64,000 nt of DNA from an uncultured PS1 clade bacterium. Lineage in GTDB: Bacteria > Pseudomonadota > Alphaproteobacteria > MED-G09. Shown piece by piece: positions 22,613 to 32,898 of this stretch. The position numbers and the translations under genes were made by a program. The notes below the pieces were generated by a model. It did no database searches and was not told the origin of the DNA. It was given only the letters and a program-made list of their open reading frames with translations. Position 1 is the first letter of the stretch. The number at the start of each line of letters is the position of its first letter. The stretch covers positions 17,768-81,767 of the forward strand of contig CACLNZ010000001.1 in the NCBI GenBank assembly GCA_902608415.1, given 5' to 3'.

Positions 22613-22840
22613 ATGGAACCAGAAGCAGCAAAATTAATAGGAGCAGGTATAGCCTGTATCGCCCTTGCAGGCGCAGGAATTGGAATTGGAACAATTTTCG
22701 GTAACTATCTTGCAGGAGCCCTAAGAAATCCAAGTGCAGCACAATCACAATTTCCAAATTTATTATTAGGTTTTGCATTAGCAGAAGCTACTGGACTTTT
22801 TGGTCTTGTTGTTGCGCTTATTCTATTGTTTGTTCTTTAA
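22613..22840 (+). CDS. atpE: F0F1 ATP synthase subunit c
   Basis: 75 aa hairpin proteolipid with a GxGxGxG helix and the conserved carboxylate helix [20 protein letters not shown]. Confidence 0.9.
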   Translation: MEPEAAKLIGAGIACIALAGAGIGIGTIFGNYLAGALRNPSAAQSQFPNLLLGFALAEATGLFGLVVALILLFVL

Positions 22841-22854
22841 GCTATTGATAAGTA

Positions 22855-23334
22855 ATGCCTCAGCTTGATTTTTCAACTTTTTTGCCACAAATTTTTTGGC
22901 TTTGTATAAGCCTTTCTTTTTTGTACATTGTTTTGTCACGGTATGCTCTTCCAAGAGTTTCCGATGTTATAGAGGAAAGGAAAGATATTATTGCGCAGGA
23001 TATTGACTCCGCAAAAGAATATTCTGAAGAATCTGAAAAAACCACCGAAGAGTTAAATTTAAAGTTATCTGAGGCTAAAGTGAATTCACAAAATTTAATC
23101 AACAAATCACTTCAGGATATCAAAGAAGATAATGAAATAAAAAAAAGTAGCTTAATAAAGGAAATAAATAATGAGATTTCAGAAGCTGAGGGTGATATCA
23201 AAGAAAAAAAAGAAACCGCTCTCGATGAAATATCCTCAATTTCTGAAAGCTTAGCAGTTGAAATGCTTGAAAATTTATCTGTTGGTAAAATTGATAAAGA
23301 AAAGGTAACTTCTTTATCTAAAATTGATAATTAG
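22855..23334 (+). CDS. atpF2: F0F1 ATP synthase subunit b-prime
   Basis: N-terminus MPQLDFSTFLPQIFWL is typical of alphaproteobacterial b-prime. Single TM helix plus a long charged helix. First of two b paralogs. Confidence 0.8.
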   Translation: MPQLDFSTFLPQIFWLCISLSFLYIVLSRYALPRVSDVIEERKDIIAQDIDSAKEYSEESEKTTEELNLKLSEAKVNSQNLINKSLQDIKEDNEIKKSSLIKEINNEISEAEGDIKEKKETALDEISSISESLAVEMLENLSVGKIDKEKVTSLSKIDN

Positions 23335-23345
23335 GTGTAATTCGA

Positions 23346-23825
23346 ATGTTTGATTCAAGTTTTTTTGTAGCTCTTTCATTTTTAATTTTTGTTGGTTTGG
23401 TGATCTATATGGGGTTACCAAGGGTGATTATATCTGCTCTTGATAAAAGGTCTGCGGATATTCAGGATGAATTAGATGAGGCAAGAAACCTAAGAGAAGA
23501 AGCACAAAAGCTACTAGCGAAAGAAAAAAAGAATTTAGACAAAGCCGCAGAAGAGTCTAAAAACCTAATAAAAAAAGCAAAACAGCAAGTTGATGAAATG
23601 ACAAAAAAAGCTGAAGAAAACCTTAAAGAGGATATTGAAAGAAAGAAAAAAATAGCAGAACTTAAAATTGAACAAGCTGAAACTGAAGCTTTAAACGATG
23701 TTAAATCTAGAGTCGCAAATCTTTCATTCGAAATAACAAAGAATTATTTAAGTAAAAATTTAGACAAAAAAGTATCCAAATCGATACTAGATGACAGTAT
23801 TTCCGAAATTAAAAAAAATCTTTAA
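23346..23825 (+). CDS. atpF: F0F1 ATP synthase subunit b
   Basis: 159 aa. Single N-terminal TM helix and a long charged coiled helix. Second b paralog. Confidence 0.8.
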   Translation: MFDSSFFVALSFLIFVGLVIYMGLPRVIISALDKRSADIQDELDEARNLREEAQKLLAKEKKNLDKAAEESKNLIKKAKQQVDEMTKKAEENLKEDIERKKKIAELKIEQAETEALNDVKSRVANLSFEITKNYLSKNLDKKVSKSILDDSISEIKKNL

Positions 23826-23828
23826 TAT

Positions 23829-24464
23829 TTATTCTTCTAATCTGTCAATGATTTCTATCAAGTTACAAGGTTTATGCCTAATATCTAATTGGTAAATTAG
23901 AATTTCATCCCAGGCGTCTTTTACAGCTCCTGGAGAGCCAGGAAGGCAAAAAATGTATGTATTTTCAATTATTCCTGCAATTGCACGAGATTGAATTGTT
24001 GATGTTTTAATTTTTTGAAATGATATCATATGAAAAATTGATGAAAACCCGTCTATTTTTTTATCAAATAATCTTTCTAATGCTTCTGGTGTAACATCTC
24101 TACCTGTTAACCCTGTTCCCCCACTTGTAATTATTACATTTGTATTCTTATTCTTTGACCACTCTAAAATCTTGCTTTCTATTAACTCTTTATTATCTTT
24201 TAAAATCTCATAATCGTTAAGATTATGGCCACTTTCCTTAATCTTATTTATTAATAAATTACCAGATATATCGGTATCTTTTGTTCTGCTATCAGAAACT
24301 ATTAGAACCGATATATTTATTGGAAAAAACTCTAAAGCTTTTTCTAATTGTTCATTGATTTTCTTTTCTTCTTCATTGGTAGTTTTTATAATAATCAATA
24401 TTAATGTTGTTGTCATGATTGCTGCGAACAAAACCCAGCTATAGGACAAAACTAAATTACTCAT
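23829..24464 (-). CDS. MogA/MoaB-family molybdopterin-binding domain protein with hydrophobic N-terminal extension
   Basis: Core VIITSGGTGLTGRDVTPEA...LPGSPGAV matches the MogA/MoaB (CinA-like) fold. The first ~30 aa are hydrophobic. Confidence 0.65.
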   Translation of the reverse strand: MSNLVLSYSWVLFAAIMTTTLILIIIKTTNEEEKKINEQLEKALEFFPINISVLIVSDSRTKDTDISGNLLINKIKESGHNLNDYEILKDNKELIESKILEWSKNKNTNVIITSGGTGLTGRDVTPEALERLFDKKIDGFSSIFHMISFQKIKTSTIQSRAIAGIIENTYIFCLPGSPGAVKDAWDEILIYQLDIRHKPCNLIEIIDRLEE

Positions 24465-24510
24465 TTTAAATATAACTTTCTTAAATTCTTATTATTTAAT
24501 TAAATTAATT

Positions 24511-25230
24511 TTATTCTTTATATTGTATTTTTCTATTAAGCAATAAGATATCTTTCATCACCAATAATTTGCTATTTGGTCTTCTTAATAAATAAGCAGG
24601 ATGAAAGATTGGTAAAGCTGGAACTTCTAATTCTTTGTCCTTATAAGTATGCCATTTTCCTCTCAATTTTGTAATACCAAGATCTTTATTTAAAATTGAT
24701 TTAGCTGAGATTGAGCCAACAAGAACTAAAATATCAGGGTTTACAAGCTCTATATGTTTTTTTACAAAAGGCAAACACTGTTTAATTTCTTTTTTAGTCG
24801 GATTCCTATTACCTGGTGGTTTCCATGGTATTATATTAATTATGTAGCAATTTTTCCTATTTATATTGATAAATTCCAATATCTTATCTAGTAGCTTACC
24901 TGATTTTCCTACAAATGGTTTACCTTCTACCTCCTCTTGATTGCCAGGGGCTTCTCCAATTAACATTACTTTTGATTTGCTATTCCCATCACAAAAAACA
25001 GTTGATCTTGATGTATTTTTAAGCTCACACTTATCATAATTTTCAATATAAGACCTTAGTTCTTCCAGGCTTTTTATTTCTGACAAATCATTGCAATCAT
25101 TAGCAAATCTATTTTCTTCTAAATCAGATTTATTAAAATCTTCATATATATTGGATTTTATTGTTTCTTTTATACCTAACTCAATTTGAAATTTAAGATC
25201 ATCTATATTTTTTTCAAAACTTTTTATCAT
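24511..25230 (-). CDS. uracil-DNA glycosylase, family 4
   Basis: Family-4 UDG motif GEAPGNQEEVEGKPFVGKSGKLL plus the downstream HPA(Y) block. Confidence 0.8.
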   Translation of the reverse strand: MIKSFEKNIDDLKFQIELGIKETIKSNIYEDFNKSDLEENRFANDCNDLSEIKSLEELRSYIENYDKCELKNTSRSTVFCDGNSKSKVMLIGEAPGNQEEVEGKPFVGKSGKLLDKILEFININRKNCYIINIIPWKPPGNRNPTKKEIKQCLPFVKKHIELVNPDILVLVGSISAKSILNKDLGITKLRGKWHTYKDKELEVPALPIFHPAYLLRRPNSKLLVMKDILLLNRKIQYKE

Positions 25231-25340
25231 CTTTTAGTGAATCTCTATATAGAATATTAACTGATATTATTAACTGCGACAATAATGTTAAGGGTTTAAT
25301 ATTTAAAAAAAAGTATTATTTATAGATAATAAGGTAATAA

Positions 25341-27053
25341 ATGAGCAATAAACCAGTTAATGAACTTAATGAACAACAAGGTCAGGTTCTAGATTCTTCA
25401 AATAGAGAGTCTATGGAATATGATGTTTTAATTGTAGGGGCCGGACCAGCAGGTCTATCTGCGGCAATACAAATTAAGCAATTAGCTCAAAAAAATAACT
25501 CAGATATTTCTGTTTGTGTGCTTGAGAAAGCTAGTGAGATTGGCGCTCATATATTATCTGGCGCTGTTATTGAAACTAGTGCTCTTGATAAACTTTTACC
25601 TAATTGGAAAGAAATGAATAGCCCAATTAAAACGAAGGTAAAAAAGGATAAGCTTTCTTATTTAGGTAAGGATTGGTCAATAAGTTTTCCTCAGTTTTTG
25701 CTTCCCCCTATGATGAAAAACCATGGAAATTATATAGTAAGCCTTGGAAATGTTTGTAAATGGTTAAGCGAGGTAGCAGAAAATCTAGGTGTTGAAATTT
25801 ACCCTGGCTTTAGTGCTGCTGAAGTTCTTATTGATGATAATGAGAAAGTTTATGGTGTTGCCACAGGCGATATGGGTGTTTCAAGAGATGGTTCAGCAAA
25901 AGACTCTTGGGAATCAGGAATGGAGCTTCATGCAAAATATACTCTTTTCTCAGAAGGAGCTAGAGGATCTCTTTCTAAATTCTTAATTGATAATTTTAAT
26001 CTTTCTGAAGATAAGGACCATCAAAAATATGCAATTGGAATTAAAGAGTTGTGGGAAATAAAAGATGAGAACCATCAAGAAGGTCTAGTTGAGCATTCAA
26101 TGGGTTGGCCTTTGAGCGATGGAACAGGAGGGGGTTCATTTCTTTATCATTTTGGAGAAAATCAAGTCTCAATAGGTTATGTTGTTCACCTTAATTACAC
26201 TAATCCTTATGTTTCTCCATTTGATGAATTCCAACAGTATAAGACCCACCCTTCAGTTAAAAAAGTTTTGGAGGGCGGAAAGAGAATATCCTACGGAGCA
26301 AGAGCAATAACTGCAGGTGGCTATCAATCAGTTCCAAAATTATTTTTTCCAGGGGGTGCTTTAATAGGTTGTTCTGCAGGATTTTTAAACTATCCAAAAA
26401 TAAAAGGAACCCATAACGCCATGGAGTCAGGTATTCTTGTTGCTGAATCTATAGTTGAAAACTTTGTTAATGCAAATCAAGCTGATGATCTATCAAATTA
26501 TCAAGAAAAATATGAAAAAAGCAAAATAGCTAAAGAGTTAAAGAAGGTTCGTAATGTTAAACCATTTCAATCCAGGTATGGAGTTCTTTTAGGTACTATT
26601 TTAAGCGGTTTAGATATGTGGTTAAATACTTTTGGAATTACATTACCATTTACATTAAGTCATATTAAACCTGATTATAAAACATTACGAAAAGCATCTG
26701 AATGTAAAGAAATAATATATCCAAAACCTGACGGTGAATTTTCTTTTGATAAATTATCTTCAGTTTTTCTCTCAAGCACTAATCATGAAGAAGATCAACC
26801 AGCTCATTTAACATTAAAAGATAGTAATATACCGATTAAAGTGAATCTAGTTGAATACGATGAGCCTGCACAAAGATACTGTCCTGCAGGAGTTTATGAG
26901 GTTCTCTCAGCTAATGAGAATAGTGAGCCAGTTTTTCAAATAAATGCACAGAATTGTGTGCATTGTAAAACTTGCGATATAAAAGATCCTTCACAAAATA
27001 TTAATTGGGTTGTACCACAAGGTGGAGAAGGCCCTCTTTATGGTGGTATGTAA
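25341..27053 (+). CDS. electron-transfer flavoprotein:ubiquinone oxidoreductase (ETF-QO)
   Basis: FAD-binding DVLIVGAGPAGLSAA and a C-terminal 4Fe-4S ferredoxin-like motif (CPAGVYE...CVHCKTCDIKDP). 570 aa. Confidence 0.9.
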   Translation: MSNKPVNELNEQQGQVLDSSNRESMEYDVLIVGAGPAGLSAAIQIKQLAQKNNSDISVCVLEKASEIGAHILSGAVIETSALDKLLPNWKEMNSPIKTKVKKDKLSYLGKDWSISFPQFLLPPMMKNHGNYIVSLGNVCKWLSEVAENLGVEIYPGFSAAEVLIDDNEKVYGVATGDMGVSRDGSAKDSWESGMELHAKYTLFSEGARGSLSKFLIDNFNLSEDKDHQKYAIGIKELWEIKDENHQEGLVEHSMGWPLSDGTGGGSFLYHFGENQVSIGYVVHLNYTNPYVSPFDEFQQYKTHPSVKKVLEGGKRISYGARAITAGGYQSVPKLFFPGGALIGCSAGFLNYPKIKGTHNAMESGILVAESIVENFVNANQADDLSNYQEKYEKSKIAKELKKVRNVKPFQSRYGVLLGTILSGLDMWLNTFGITLPFTLSHIKPDYKTLRKASECKEIIYPKPDGEFSFDKLSSVFLSSTNHEEDQPAHLTLKDSNIPIKVNLVEYDEPAQRYCPAGVYEVLSANENSEPVFQINAQNCVHCKTCDIKDPSQNINWVVPQGGEGPLYGGM

Positions 27054-27056
27054 TTA

Positions 27057-27953
27057 TTGATGCAAGTCATTGAAAAAGCCTATGCTAAAGTTAATATTTC
27101 TTTAAATTTAACAGGTCAAAAAGACCATAATCTTCACTATCTCGTTAGCATGATTTGTTTTTGTGATTTCTATGATACGATAACAATAGAAGATTCTAAG
27201 GAATTTAAATATGTTATAAATGATGATGTTAAGTTTAATAAGCCAGACCTAATTCTAAAGACAATAGAGTTTTTATCAAAAGAAATTGGTATAGATTTGC
27301 CCCCATTTAAAATTACTTTGAACAAGAAAATACCTATAGGGGCCGGCCTTGGCGGTGGTTCAGCTAATTCTGCAGCTACTTTAAGAGCAATTGATAAATT
27401 TCTTAATCTCAACCTCACTTATGATCAAAAAGTATTAATTGGTAATAAAATTGGCTCTGATGTTCCTAGCTGTATTGTATCTAAACCTTTAATTTTATCA
27501 GGATATGGAGATCAAATTCGTCTATTAGATGGGTTAAATGATAAGGATATTATTATAATTTATCCTAATATTAGCGTAAGCACCAAAGAGGTATTTGATA
27601 ATGTAGATATTAATTTAATTAAAAAAAAAGACAGCCAAAAACTTGAAAAACAAATAGAAGATAGTATTGGTTTTTATAACAATTGTAATAATTTTGATAA
27701 ATTATTTTCTAATGATTTGCAAAGTTTAGTTCTTAAAAAATACCCTTTTATCAAAGATGTTATAGATTGCCTCACAAAAGTAGGTTCTTCTTTTGTATCA
27801 ATGACAGGGTCTGGTTCCGCATTTTTTGGATTTTTTGAAGAGTCTTCAATAGATGAAGCTTATAAAAAAATTAATGATTTGAACAAGGATTGGATGATTA
27901 TTAAATGTAAATTAATGGGATCTAATAATAGAGAAATCAACAAGCTTCATTAA
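27057..27953 (+). CDS. ispE: 4-diphosphocytidyl-2-C-methyl-D-erythritol kinase (IspE)
   Basis: GHMP kinase motif PIGAGLGGGSANSAATL and an N-terminal AKVNISLN block. Confidence 0.85.
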   Translation: MMQVIEKAYAKVNISLNLTGQKDHNLHYLVSMICFCDFYDTITIEDSKEFKYVINDDVKFNKPDLILKTIEFLSKEIGIDLPPFKITLNKKIPIGAGLGGGSANSAATLRAIDKFLNLNLTYDQKVLIGNKIGSDVPSCIVSKPLILSGYGDQIRLLDGLNDKDIIIIYPNISVSTKEVFDNVDINLIKKKDSQKLEKQIEDSIGFYNNCNNFDKLFSNDLQSLVLKKYPFIKDVIDCLTKVGSSFVSMTGSGSAFFGFFEESSIDEAYKKINDLNKDWMIIKCKLMGSNNREINKLH

Positions 27954-28931
27954 TGCCGATTTAAATTCAGTTTCTGGAAATATTGCAAGAGCGTCTTTAG
28001 CGACTCTTCCATGTTCCTTTGCTTTAGAGAGAGTATCATTAATTGTATCATATTGATTTATTGCTTTTATTGCTTTCTTCAAAAGATCTTTATTTCTAAT
28101 TTTATTATTAAACGAGTTTTCTAAGAATTCTCTTTCAGAGGCATTACCTCTTCTATATGCAAGAATAATAGGAAGTGTAACTTTACCTTCGAAAAAATCA
28201 TCACCTATATTTTTACCTAAAGTTTCTTTATCACCGCTATAGTCTAATGCGTCATCTTTTAATTGAAAAGCAATACCTAGATTCTTACCAAATGAAATTA
28301 AGGCATTAATCTCCTCTTCTTTTGACTCTGCTATAAGTGCGCTAACCACACAAGCGGTTGAAAATAATTCAGCTGTTTTAGCTTCAATTATTTGCATGTA
28401 CTGATCTTCAGTAGTTTTAATATTATCTGAGGCAATAAGTTGCATAACCTCACCTTCAGCTATCTTTGCTGATGCATTTGATAAATTTTTAAGACATCCC
28501 AATGATTTAGTTTCAACCATAAGTTGAAAGGCTTTACCTAGAAGAAAATCACCAACTAAAATACTAGATTTATTATCCCAAACAATATGAGATGCTGATT
28601 TTCCTCTTCTAAAATTGCTATCATCTACTACATCATCATGTAAAAGAGTAGCAGTGTGCATTAATTCAACTGCTGCCGCTAATTTAATATGCATATCACC
28701 TTTGTATTCACATATTTTAGAAGTTGTAAGTGTAAGAATAGGTCTTAATCTTTTACCTCCAAGCTCTATAATATGCTTTGATACATCAGGAATCCTATCT
28801 ACCTGACTAATAACTTGTTCATTTATTAAATTATTTACACTAACGAAATCGTTTTCAATTAATGCTAATAGTTTTTGAATAGGCTCTTCGTCTTTATACT
28901 TGTTTTTTACTAATTTAATTACATTTCCCAT
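27912..28931 (-). CDS. ispB: polyprenyl (octaprenyl-type) diphosphate synthase
   Basis: Two aspartate-rich motifs (LLHDDVVDDSNFRRG and KDDALD). 339 aa, long-chain trans-IPPS type. Confidence 0.85.
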   Translation of the reverse strand: MGNVIKLVKNKYKDEEPIQKLLALIENDFVSVNNLINEQVISQVDRIPDVSKHIIELGGKRLRPILTLTTSKICEYKGDMHIKLAAAVELMHTATLLHDDVVDDSNFRRGKSASHIVWDNKSSILVGDFLLGKAFQLMVETKSLGCLKNLSNASAKIAEGEVMQLIASDNIKTTEDQYMQIIEAKTAELFSTACVVSALIAESKEEEINALISFGKNLGIAFQLKDDALDYSGDKETLGKNIGDDFFEGKVTLPIILAYRRGNASEREFLENSFNNKIRNKDLLKKAIKAINQYDTINDTLSKAKEHGRVAKDALAIFPETEFKSALMKLVDFSIIRSH

Positions 28932-28957
28932 ATTTTCTTATATTTTAGAATCTATCT

Positions 28958-29701
28958 ATGATCAAAGAAAATTCTAAAAATAAATTTCTTGGCGGTAAAC
29001 TTAATATTCTTCAGCAAAGAGATGGGTTTAGAGCAGGGCATGACTCTGTTTTATTAGCCTCTTCAATTCCAGCTAAAAAAGGAGATAAATGTTTGGAATT
29101 AGGTATAGGTGCTGGAGTTGTCTCTTTATGTTTAATGAAAAGAGTTCCTGGCTTATCTTTAATAGGAATTGATAATGATAGAGATATTATAAAACTCTTA
29201 AAAGAAAACATTTCCTTGAATGGATTTGATGATCATATTTCAGTTATTAAAGGAGATCTTAATGATGGAAGCAATAAATTTAAAAATTTAAAAAGACATA
29301 GCTTCGATCATATTTTTTCTAATCCGCCTTTTTATGAGAAAGGTGAGATTATTTTGCCTAAAAATAAAAACAAGAGAAATGCATATTATGGTGAAAAAGA
29401 TTTTATTAAAAACTGGATTAAAGTATCTCTTACTTTTGTTAAAAGTAAGGGTTCTATAACATTTATAAACCATATGAAAAATTTTCCTGATATTTTATCG
29501 CTTTTCATGAATTCTATGGGTGATGTGAAAGTTATTCCAATTTTTACAAATATTGAAAAACCTGCAACACGCTTTCTAATAAGTGGCGTTAGAGATTCAA
29601 AAAAACCACTTAGATTAAAAAAAGGATTAATTTTAAATAATAAAAATGGAAAAACTCCAAAAAAAATTGAGAATATTTTGAGACATGGTAAGTCATTATA
29701 A
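28958..29701 (+). CDS. SAM-dependent methyltransferase, N6-adenine/TrmN6-like (NPPF motif)
   Basis: SAM motif LELGIGAGVVSL and a catalytic (D/N)PPF block (FSNPPF). Confidence 0.5.
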   Translation: MIKENSKNKFLGGKLNILQQRDGFRAGHDSVLLASSIPAKKGDKCLELGIGAGVVSLCLMKRVPGLSLIGIDNDRDIIKLLKENISLNGFDDHISVIKGDLNDGSNKFKNLKRHSFDHIFSNPPFYEKGEIILPKNKNKRNAYYGEKDFIKNWIKVSLTFVKSKGSITFINHMKNFPDILSLFMNSMGDVKVIPIFTNIEKPATRFLISGVRDSKKPLRLKKGLILNNKNGKTPKKIENILRHGKSL

Positions 29702-29758
29702 TCAATGACTTTATTACTATTTTTTAAGACAGAATTACTATAATAGAAAATATAGACA

Positions 29759-31126
29759 TTGGAGGTGTCAGTGACTGCAAAAAAAATGGAAGAATTAGTC
29801 TCCTTGTGTAAAAGAAGAGGATTCATTTATCAAACTAATGAATTATACGGAGGAATGCAGGGTCTATATGACTATGGTCCATTAGGAGTTGAGTTAAAAA
29901 ATAATTTAAAACAAGCTTGGTGGAGCTCTATGGTTTATGAAAGAGATGATATAGAGGGTTTAGATTCTTCAATATTAACTCATCCAAATGTTTTGAAATA
30001 TTCTGGTCACGAAGAAACCTTCACTGATCCGCTTGTAGACTGTAAGGATTGTAAATCAAGGTTTAGAGCTGACCATATCGATAATAATAAATGTCCTTCA
30101 TGTGGTTCAAACAATTTAACTGATCCTAGGCCTTTTAATCTTATGTTTAAAACAACAATTGGACCTGTTGATGATGGAGCTAGTTTTGCATATTTAAGAC
30201 CAGAAACCGCTCAACAGATTTTTACAAATTTTAAGAATGTGGTTGATTCAACATCAAGAACATTGCCCTTTGGAATTGCTCAAATTGGAAAGGCTTTCAG
30301 AAATGAAATAACTCCAAGAAATTTTATTTTTAGAGTAAGAGAATTTGAACAAATGGAATTAGAGTTCTTTGTAGAGCCTGGCAGTGATGAAGAATGGCAT
30401 CAAAAATGGGTTGATGAAAGAGTTAGTTGGTGGGAACGACAAGGAGTGGATAAAAATAAATTAGAAATTATTGACGTCGATAAAGAAGATTTATCGCATT
30501 ATTCAAAAAAGACAGTTGATATAATGTATGAATTTCCTCATGGGCTTGAGGAATTAGAAGGTATCGCAAATAGAACTGATTTTGATATAGGATCGCATAC
30601 TAAAAATCAGAAAGATTTTGAAATAAATGCTGATGTTATAAAAAATGATGACTCAGTAACAAAATTAGCAATTCAAGATAAGATTAATAATACATGGACT
30701 ATACCTTATGTAATTGAGCCATCGGCAGGAGTTGATAGAGGATTTTTAGCTGTATTAAACGAAGCCTATAAAATTGAGAAGCTAGAAAATGGTAAAGAGA
30801 GAACTGTTCTGTCGCTGAAATCTCACTTATCGCCCATAAAGGCTGCAGTTATTCCTTTAAAAAGAAATAATCAAGATTTAGTTAACAAAGCAGTAGAGTT
30901 AAAAAAGCAATTGCAGTCAATCGGCTTAGGAAGAGTAGTACTAGATAATGCAGGCAATATCGGGAAAAGTTATAGAAGGCATGATGAAGTTGGAACACCG
31001 ATGTGTATAACAATTGACTTTGAAACATTAGATGATAATTCTGTTACAGTAAGAGATAGAGATACTATGGAACAAAAAAGAATTAAATTAGATGAAATTT
31101 CTGATTTTTTTGTCAAAAATCTCTAA
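29759..31126 (+). CDS. glyQS: glycyl-tRNA synthetase (class II, alpha2 dimeric type)
   Basis: N-terminal [17 protein letters not shown] motif, class II motifs and a C-terminal anticodon-binding domain. The true start may be the internal ATG at 29786. Confidence 0.9.
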   Translation: MEVSVTAKKMEELVSLCKRRGFIYQTNELYGGMQGLYDYGPLGVELKNNLKQAWWSSMVYERDDIEGLDSSILTHPNVLKYSGHEETFTDPLVDCKDCKSRFRADHIDNNKCPSCGSNNLTDPRPFNLMFKTTIGPVDDGASFAYLRPETAQQIFTNFKNVVDSTSRTLPFGIAQIGKAFRNEITPRNFIFRVREFEQMELEFFVEPGSDEEWHQKWVDERVSWWERQGVDKNKLEIIDVDKEDLSHYSKKTVDIMYEFPHGLEELEGIANRTDFDIGSHTKNQKDFEINADVIKNDDSVTKLAIQDKINNTWTIPYVIEPSAGVDRGFLAVLNEAYKIEKLENGKERTVLSLKSHLSPIKAAVIPLKRNNQDLVNKAVELKKQLQSIGLGRVVLDNAGNIGKSYRRHDEVGTPMCITIDFETLDDNSVTVRDRDTMEQKRIKLDEISDFFVKNL

Positions 31127-31135
31127 TAAATTAAA

Positions 31136-32803
31136 ATGACAAAATATATACACGCTTTTTCAGATCCTATAAATGATGAAATTGATCAATCTTTAATAGG
31201 TAATAAAGGTTATAATCTATGTCTTATGCACGGAATGGATTTACCTATTCCTGAGGGCTTTATAATTACCTCAAAAGCTACTAAAGAATTCAAAAAAAAG
31301 AATAATTTTGGTGATGAATTTATAAACGAATTGAAAGTCAATTTAAATTCGATCCAAGAAAAGACAAACCTTCAAGTTGGGAGCGCAGAAAAACCACTAA
31401 TCTTGTCAGTGAGATCAGGTTCAGTGATATCAATGCCAGGAATGCTTGATACAATTTTAAATGTCGGCCTAAATCAGGAAATAGTTAAAACTTTAGCAAA
31501 AAATAAAAATGGGTTTTTTGCATATGATACATGGAGAAGATTTATTCAAATGTATTCTCATGTTGTTCATAGAGTCGATACTTATGATTTTGATGAAATA
31601 CTTGAAAATTATCTACTTGGAGCAAATTTAAGTAATGTTAGTCAACTAGATGGAGAAGACTTAGAAGAAATAAGTAAAATGTATTTGAATCTCTTTAATG
31701 AGAGAATAGGTGAGGATTTTCCAGAAGATCCATATCAGCAGATAAATGACTCTATAATAGCAGTTTTAAATTCATGGGATAATGAAAGAGCGATTTCTTA
31801 TCGAAACATTAATGATATTCCTCAGGATGTAGGTTTAGCGGTAACTATTCAAAGAATGGTTTTTGGAAATTTAAATAATCAAAGCGCATCTGGTGTTATT
31901 TTTTCAAGAAATCCAGATACAGGTGAAGACAAAATTAAAGGTGAATATCTACTAGAGTCACAAGGGGAAGATGTTGTTTCAGGCTTTATAACTCCGAAAA
32001 ATATAAGTGAAACTGACAATGATGATGCTTTTGTCAAAGTTTTTCCTGATATTTACGATCAAATAAATCAAATTTCAAAGAATTTGGAGAAGAACTTTGG
32101 ATTTGTTCAGGATATTGAATTTACAATTGAGTCAAATGTATTATGGCTTTTACAATCACGTAATGCAGAATTAAATGCTCAAGCATCTTTTAAAGTTTTA
32201 AAAGATTTTGTTAATGATAAAATAATTAATAAGAATGAAGCTTTGAAATTAATCAAAGAGGATCATGTTGAAAAAGCTTTTGCTCCAGTTCTGGATAATA
32301 CTAAAGAATTAAAAATCTTAACCAAAGGATTGCCATCTTCTCAGGGTGTAGTATCTGGTTTAGTTGCTTTTGATATTGAAGGCATTAATGAAATTAAAGA
32401 AAAAGATGAGAAGTCGATATTAATTTTAGTTGAAACCAATACTAACGATATTAAAGCTATGCATGCAGCAGATGGAATATTAACTTCCAGAGGTGGGTTA
32501 ACAAGTCATGCCGCAGTTGTTGCAAGAGGTTTAAATAAACCTTGTATTACAGGTGCAGTAGAAATTGAAATTAATACTCATAAAAAGAATATTTCTATCA
32601 ATAATAAAATTATATCTGAATTTGATGTGATTACTCTTGATGGTCAATCAGGCGAGGTTATTGACGGTATAGTAAAAACAAAACCTCAAGAACCCTCATC
32701 TGATTTAAAAGAAATATTAAATTGGTGTAAGGAGATAATATTAGACAATGATATTACTGATTCTTTAATCATTATCAAAAAAGCTAAATTAAAACTTAAA
32801 TAA
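31136..32803 (+). CDS. pyruvate phosphate dikinase-like protein, ATP-grasp + phosphohistidine swivel domains only (no PEP/pyruvate-binding domain)
   Basis: The N-terminus tracks PPDK closely (GNKGYNLCLMHGMDLPIPEGF, LILSVRSGSVISMPGMLDTILNVGLN, WRRFIQMYS, GEDVVSG). The central His domain GGLTSHAAVVARGLNKPCITG is present. The ORF ends about 30 aa later. Confidence 0.8.
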   Translation: MTKYIHAFSDPINDEIDQSLIGNKGYNLCLMHGMDLPIPEGFIITSKATKEFKKKNNFGDEFINELKVNLNSIQEKTNLQVGSAEKPLILSVRSGSVISMPGMLDTILNVGLNQEIVKTLAKNKNGFFAYDTWRRFIQMYSHVVHRVDTYDFDEILENYLLGANLSNVSQLDGEDLEEISKMYLNLFNERIGEDFPEDPYQQINDSIIAVLNSWDNERAISYRNINDIPQDVGLAVTIQRMVFGNLNNQSASGVIFSRNPDTGEDKIKGEYLLESQGEDVVSGFITPKNISETDNDDAFVKVFPDIYDQINQISKNLEKNFGFVQDIEFTIESNVLWLLQSRNAELNAQASFKVLKDFVNDKIINKNEALKLIKEDHVEKAFAPVLDNTKELKILTKGLPSSQGVVSGLVAFDIEGINEIKEKDEKSILILVETNTNDIKAMHAADGILTSRGGLTSHAAVVARGLNKPCITGAVEIEINTHKKNISINNKIISEFDVITLDGQSGEVIDGIVKTKPQEPSSDLKEILNWCKEIILDNDITDSLIIIKKAKLKLK

Positions 32804-32898
32804 TTAATTGAATATTAATATTTGGTTTTCAAATAATAATGAATGACTGAATTTTAATGATAATCTAAATTCCCATTCTCCGTTATTACCTGGTCAAA

